Part shown: piece by piece, positions 60,762-64,000 of the stretch | Numbering within the stretch: the stretch's first letter is position 1 | How the letters are laid out: every line of letters begins with the position of its first letter | Source: Lepidodermella squamata | Lineage: Eukaryota; Animalia; Gastrotricha | Reading direction: 5' to 3' | Assembly: GCA_047495785.1 (NCBI GenBank) | Contig: JBLDXI010000074.1 | Coordinates: 682,001-746,000 of the forward strand | Length of the DNA: 64,000 nt | Translations under genes and position numbers: made by a program | Notes under the pieces: generated by a model | Told to the model about the DNA's origin: nothing | Databases searched by the model: none | The model's input: the letters and a program-made list of their open reading frames with translations, nothing else

Positions 60762-61714
60762 GAGAGCTCTTTAATAATCGTATTCTATTAAAGACTGCGA
60801 GCACAAAGGGGTTGATAGTGTATGCGCAATGAAAACTGAGCATTCATTTACCAATATGTCTCTGAGCACTTTGGGATCGACCTTAAACCTTGGGAGTATG
60901 AGCAAGCCGGCAAGGTAAGAATACAGCATCTTCTGGAAATTTTTCAATATTTTGCTAATGGCACTGAGATCTCATGCAAAGACCAAAGTAGGTTCCCCAA
61001 CCTAGGGGCATCTTGGGGGTAATTTTCAAATAAAATGGCCCCCCTGCGGTTTTATCCGGCTTACCCGCTAGACCTTTTCAGACGGCAGGTAATGCTCCAT
61101 TTCTCTACAGTATACAGTATACTTCGTATAGGCATGAAGTAGAAGCAAAGCGGTTTTGTAATAATTGAAAGAATCGAATTAGCAATTTCGCAAAATACGT
61201 CTTAATAGGCTGGTCTTAAGAACGGATTGCCAGCTAGTGGAATTACCAACATCTTTTACACAATGGTCACACCTTACTATTATCTTGCTAAAAAGTAACT
61301 AGCCATTTCAACTAGCTAGAACTAGTCATCAAACGTAGTAATCTGATACGTCTCTTCCTAATCACCAGCTGATAGCTGGTAAAAGCACTTAACGGCACTC
61401 GGCTGCGATAAATGTGGAGGCTTTAATTTCAAGATAGTGTGGTTATGAGCTGAATAGTTATTGAAACAAGATACCAGTACCAAGTTCAAAGCGCCAAAAG
61501 CATTTTCACATTTCACCTCGTCAAAATCATAATACAGTATTCGAATTTCAGTCCCTAGTACACTTTCGGCAAATTCAATCCTATCGTCTCCTTCTGTAAG
61601 CTACTTTATTAAGAACCTGGTATGTTTATTGTGTCATTAGAAACAAACTTTGTTGAATTCTATGCGAAAAGCGCGATTTGGGCATAAAAAGTTGCACTGA
61701 TTATATCCCTACAA

Positions 61715-62745
61715 ATGGGCGATTCAGTAATCAGTGACAAGGAAGTTACAATCGAGCGTCTCATCTTGGTTGTTGGAACTACAGGCACAGGTAAATCGAC
61801 CATTATCAACATGCTGCACAATCAGGACGCCAGCAAGGATTCATGCAAGAAGCCATGCGAAGTTTCCTCGACCGCAAAATCAGCGACAAAAAAGCCGCAA
61901 TGGATTTTAATTGAGAAAATGAACACGCTTGTTGCCGATACAGTTGGTTTCGGGGATAGTGGGTCTCAAGAATCTGAACTGAAATCGAATTTGTCAACTT
62001 TTATGAAAAGGACAAGACTCGGCTTGCATGGCGTTGTCATAGTGATGAAATTCGGCCGCGTTACAGCTGGAGAACGAGAGAACTTGAAAATCATCTCAAG
62101 CATGTTCAAATCTCAATTGGCCTCCAACTGCATAGTTGTTGCTACGCATTACGGTGGGGAAATGGATGAGGAGTCTCGAAAGCAAACTATAACCGATTGG
62201 ACTCGAGGTAATAATATCAAGCTTTCGAATCCATCACAATATTATACAATCATGTAAGGGCAGGAGATCACCAAATGCCGCAGTTCTTTAGTGATATTGG
62301 CAATCGGGTGATCCTCACCGACAATGGATTGGGCAGATCTGCTGAGAAGAATGAAGGTATCCGAAGAAATTGCCTCAACCAGCTGAACAATTTCATCAAG
62401 ACGCGTCAAACCAAGTTTTTTCCCGAGCCGGATGGTCTCGCCGAAGCGTGGGTCAGCAGCCTGCGTTATTATTACGAGAGACTCAGCGCTACATCGCGAG
62501 ACGAAAAAAAGAGAGAGGCCACCGAGAGCATTGGCAAAGAAGGTGACTTAACCATTGGCAATTGCGACATATGTAAGAAAGACATACGCGTTGAACAATG
62601 GGGCCAGGCAACATGTCAGCATTCTTTTCATTACTCCTGCGTTTCGGGCAAGCCGAACCAAGGAGAGCGCAACTGCCCGATTTGCAAGAAGCCGATAAGG
62701 AATGTCTTTCGGCCTAAATTGCAGGCCGATCTAGTTGGAACTTGA
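61715..62745 (+). CDS. GIMAP/AIG1-type GTPase fused to a C-terminal RING-H2 finger (~324 aa; intron 62208-62263)
   Basis: G1 GTTGTGKS, G2 SATK, G3 DTVG, AIG1 conserved box GLHGVVIVMKFGRVTAGER, G4-like VATH, GNRVILTDN; in-frame splice WTRG|DHQM; RING CDIC..CQHSFHYSC..CPIC. Confidence 0.85.
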
Positions 62746-62826
62746 AACTTGAACTTGGCTTCTATAAACCATTGCGAATGTGCTATCATACAATGAGTTT
62801 GAAAGAAACATGGAACAAGTCAGCAG

Positions 62827-63831
62827 AGGGGTTTTTTTTATTCGCAACACTTCGAACAGTATATATTGTGTTTAGTGTATTGTCGTTCGAAAATAGCACT
62901 CTCTACAAAAAATGCAATAACTTTCTCAGCGTTCGACAATTCGCTATATTTTATACGGTATAAAGTGTATTTTTCCAGCACATTATTTTTGAATCTGTAC
63001 AAAATACAGAAATTGTAAACCAATCGCAAATGTGACTTTGTTTATCGGGCAAAATCGGTGTGGAGGGTTCGTCTCCTCGTGGGGTCAAGCCATTTTTTTC
63101 TTATAATTTTCGCCCCGAGGGGTTTTTTTTATTCGCAACAGAAAATACAGCTACAGCTACAGTTTGTTGCATTCGATAATTCGCTACAGAAATACTGTAT
63201 TTCTCCTGTATTTTCTACGCATTCGAATAAAAAATACAGAAAATACAGCCCTATTTTTCCTACAAAAAATACAGCCAGAAAAAGTGTGCAAAGTGTAGAA
63301 ATGGGGCTGCTTGTGCGCATAAAAAGTGCCGGGGCAAAAATAAGAAGAAAAAAATGGCTTGACCTCTTGAGGAGTCGAACCCTCCACACCGATTCGCCCG
63401 ATAAACTAAGTCAAATTTACGAATGGCGTATAATTTCTGCATTTTGCACAGATTCAAAAATCAAGTGCTGGAAAAATACACTTTATACTGTATAAAATAT
63501 AGCAAATTTACGAACGCGTGGAAATTATTGCATTTTTTGTAGAAAATGCCATTTTCGAACGACAATACACAAAATACAGTATATGCTGTTCGAAGTGTTG
63601 CGAATAAAAAAAAACCCCTCCGGCACTTTTTATGCGCACAAGCAGCCCCATTCTACACTTTGCACACTTTTTCTGGCTGTATTTTTTAGGAAAAATAGGG
63701 CTGTATTTTCTGTATTTTTTATTCGAATTCGTAGAAATTACAGGAGAAATACAGTATTTCTGTAGCGAATTATCGAATGCAACAAACTGTAGCTGTAGCT
63801 GTATTTTCTGTTGCGAATAAAAAAAACCCCT
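62827..63831 (+). mobile_element. ~500-bp MITE (host copy, PIF/Harbinger-like) interrupted by a second copy
   Basis: TIR AGGGGTTTTTTTTATTCGCAACA at 62827 and its reverse complement ending at 63831; halves 62827-63117 and 63620-63831 join to reconstitute the inner element. Confidence 0.85.
63118..63619 (-). mobile_element. 502-bp MITE, intact copy inserted in opposite orientation, CCG target-site duplication
   Basis: Same ~23-bp TIRs at 63118 and 63619; CCG at 63115-63117 and 63620-63622; its own centre shows the uninterrupted site GCCCCGGCAC on the minus strand. Confidence 0.88.
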
Positions 63832-64000
63832 CTGCTACGAAATTTGCTTTCACCATCAATAAAATTTATCATCCCTATGAACCTACCCACGCTACAGGTT
63901 GTTTCCGCTTCACACACGCTTGCAGTGTTGAAGTGAGTAATCTTCAAGCCTATTAACGACCCAGACGAAGGCACTTCATAAGTTTTCATTAGTTCTCCGC

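Noticed and set aside
60985-61050. GGTTCCCCAACC...GGGG, similar to a hAT terminus
   Set aside because: No partner inverted end or 8-bp TSD found.
63058-63820. Several 60-145-aa ORFs, some duplicated on opposite strands
   Set aside because: Chance frames in the non-coding nested MITE; no transposase motifs.
1-64000. CRISPR arrays, rRNA, complete tRNA genes, non-canonical splice sites
   Set aside because: None seen; the sequence is eukaryotic and every intron I traced was GT-AG.

Overview
Gene-dense window from a compact-genome invertebrate animal (GT-AG introns, mostly 45-70 nt; taxon not identifiable from sequence alone). In order: the 3' part of TSNAXIP1; seven tandem SLC26A11-like anion transporters (2.2-31.5 kb), the first hosting an antisense orphan gene in an intron; CDT1 and cyclin E head-to-head around an E2F/CHR-rich promoter; two paralogous 6xCCP (sushi) membrane proteins flanking a large secreted PAN/F5-8C/LamG/F-type-lectin mosaic; a GPI-type Ly6/uPAR protein; an intronless GABA-B-like class C GPCR; a 17-beta-HSD12-like SDR; a GIMAP/AIG1 GTPase fused to a RING-H2 finger plus an inverted truncated paralog; and a MITE inserted into a copy of itself. 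The best candidates for new biology are: an F-type lectin domain apparently split by a ~1,000-aa insertion; the GIMAP-RING fusion; conserved motifs in the disordered SLC26 tails; several near-intron pairs, including a 1-nt slide; and the CDT1/cyclin E bidirectional unit. Exon boundaries were read by eye and family calls come from recalled motifs; no database searches were run.
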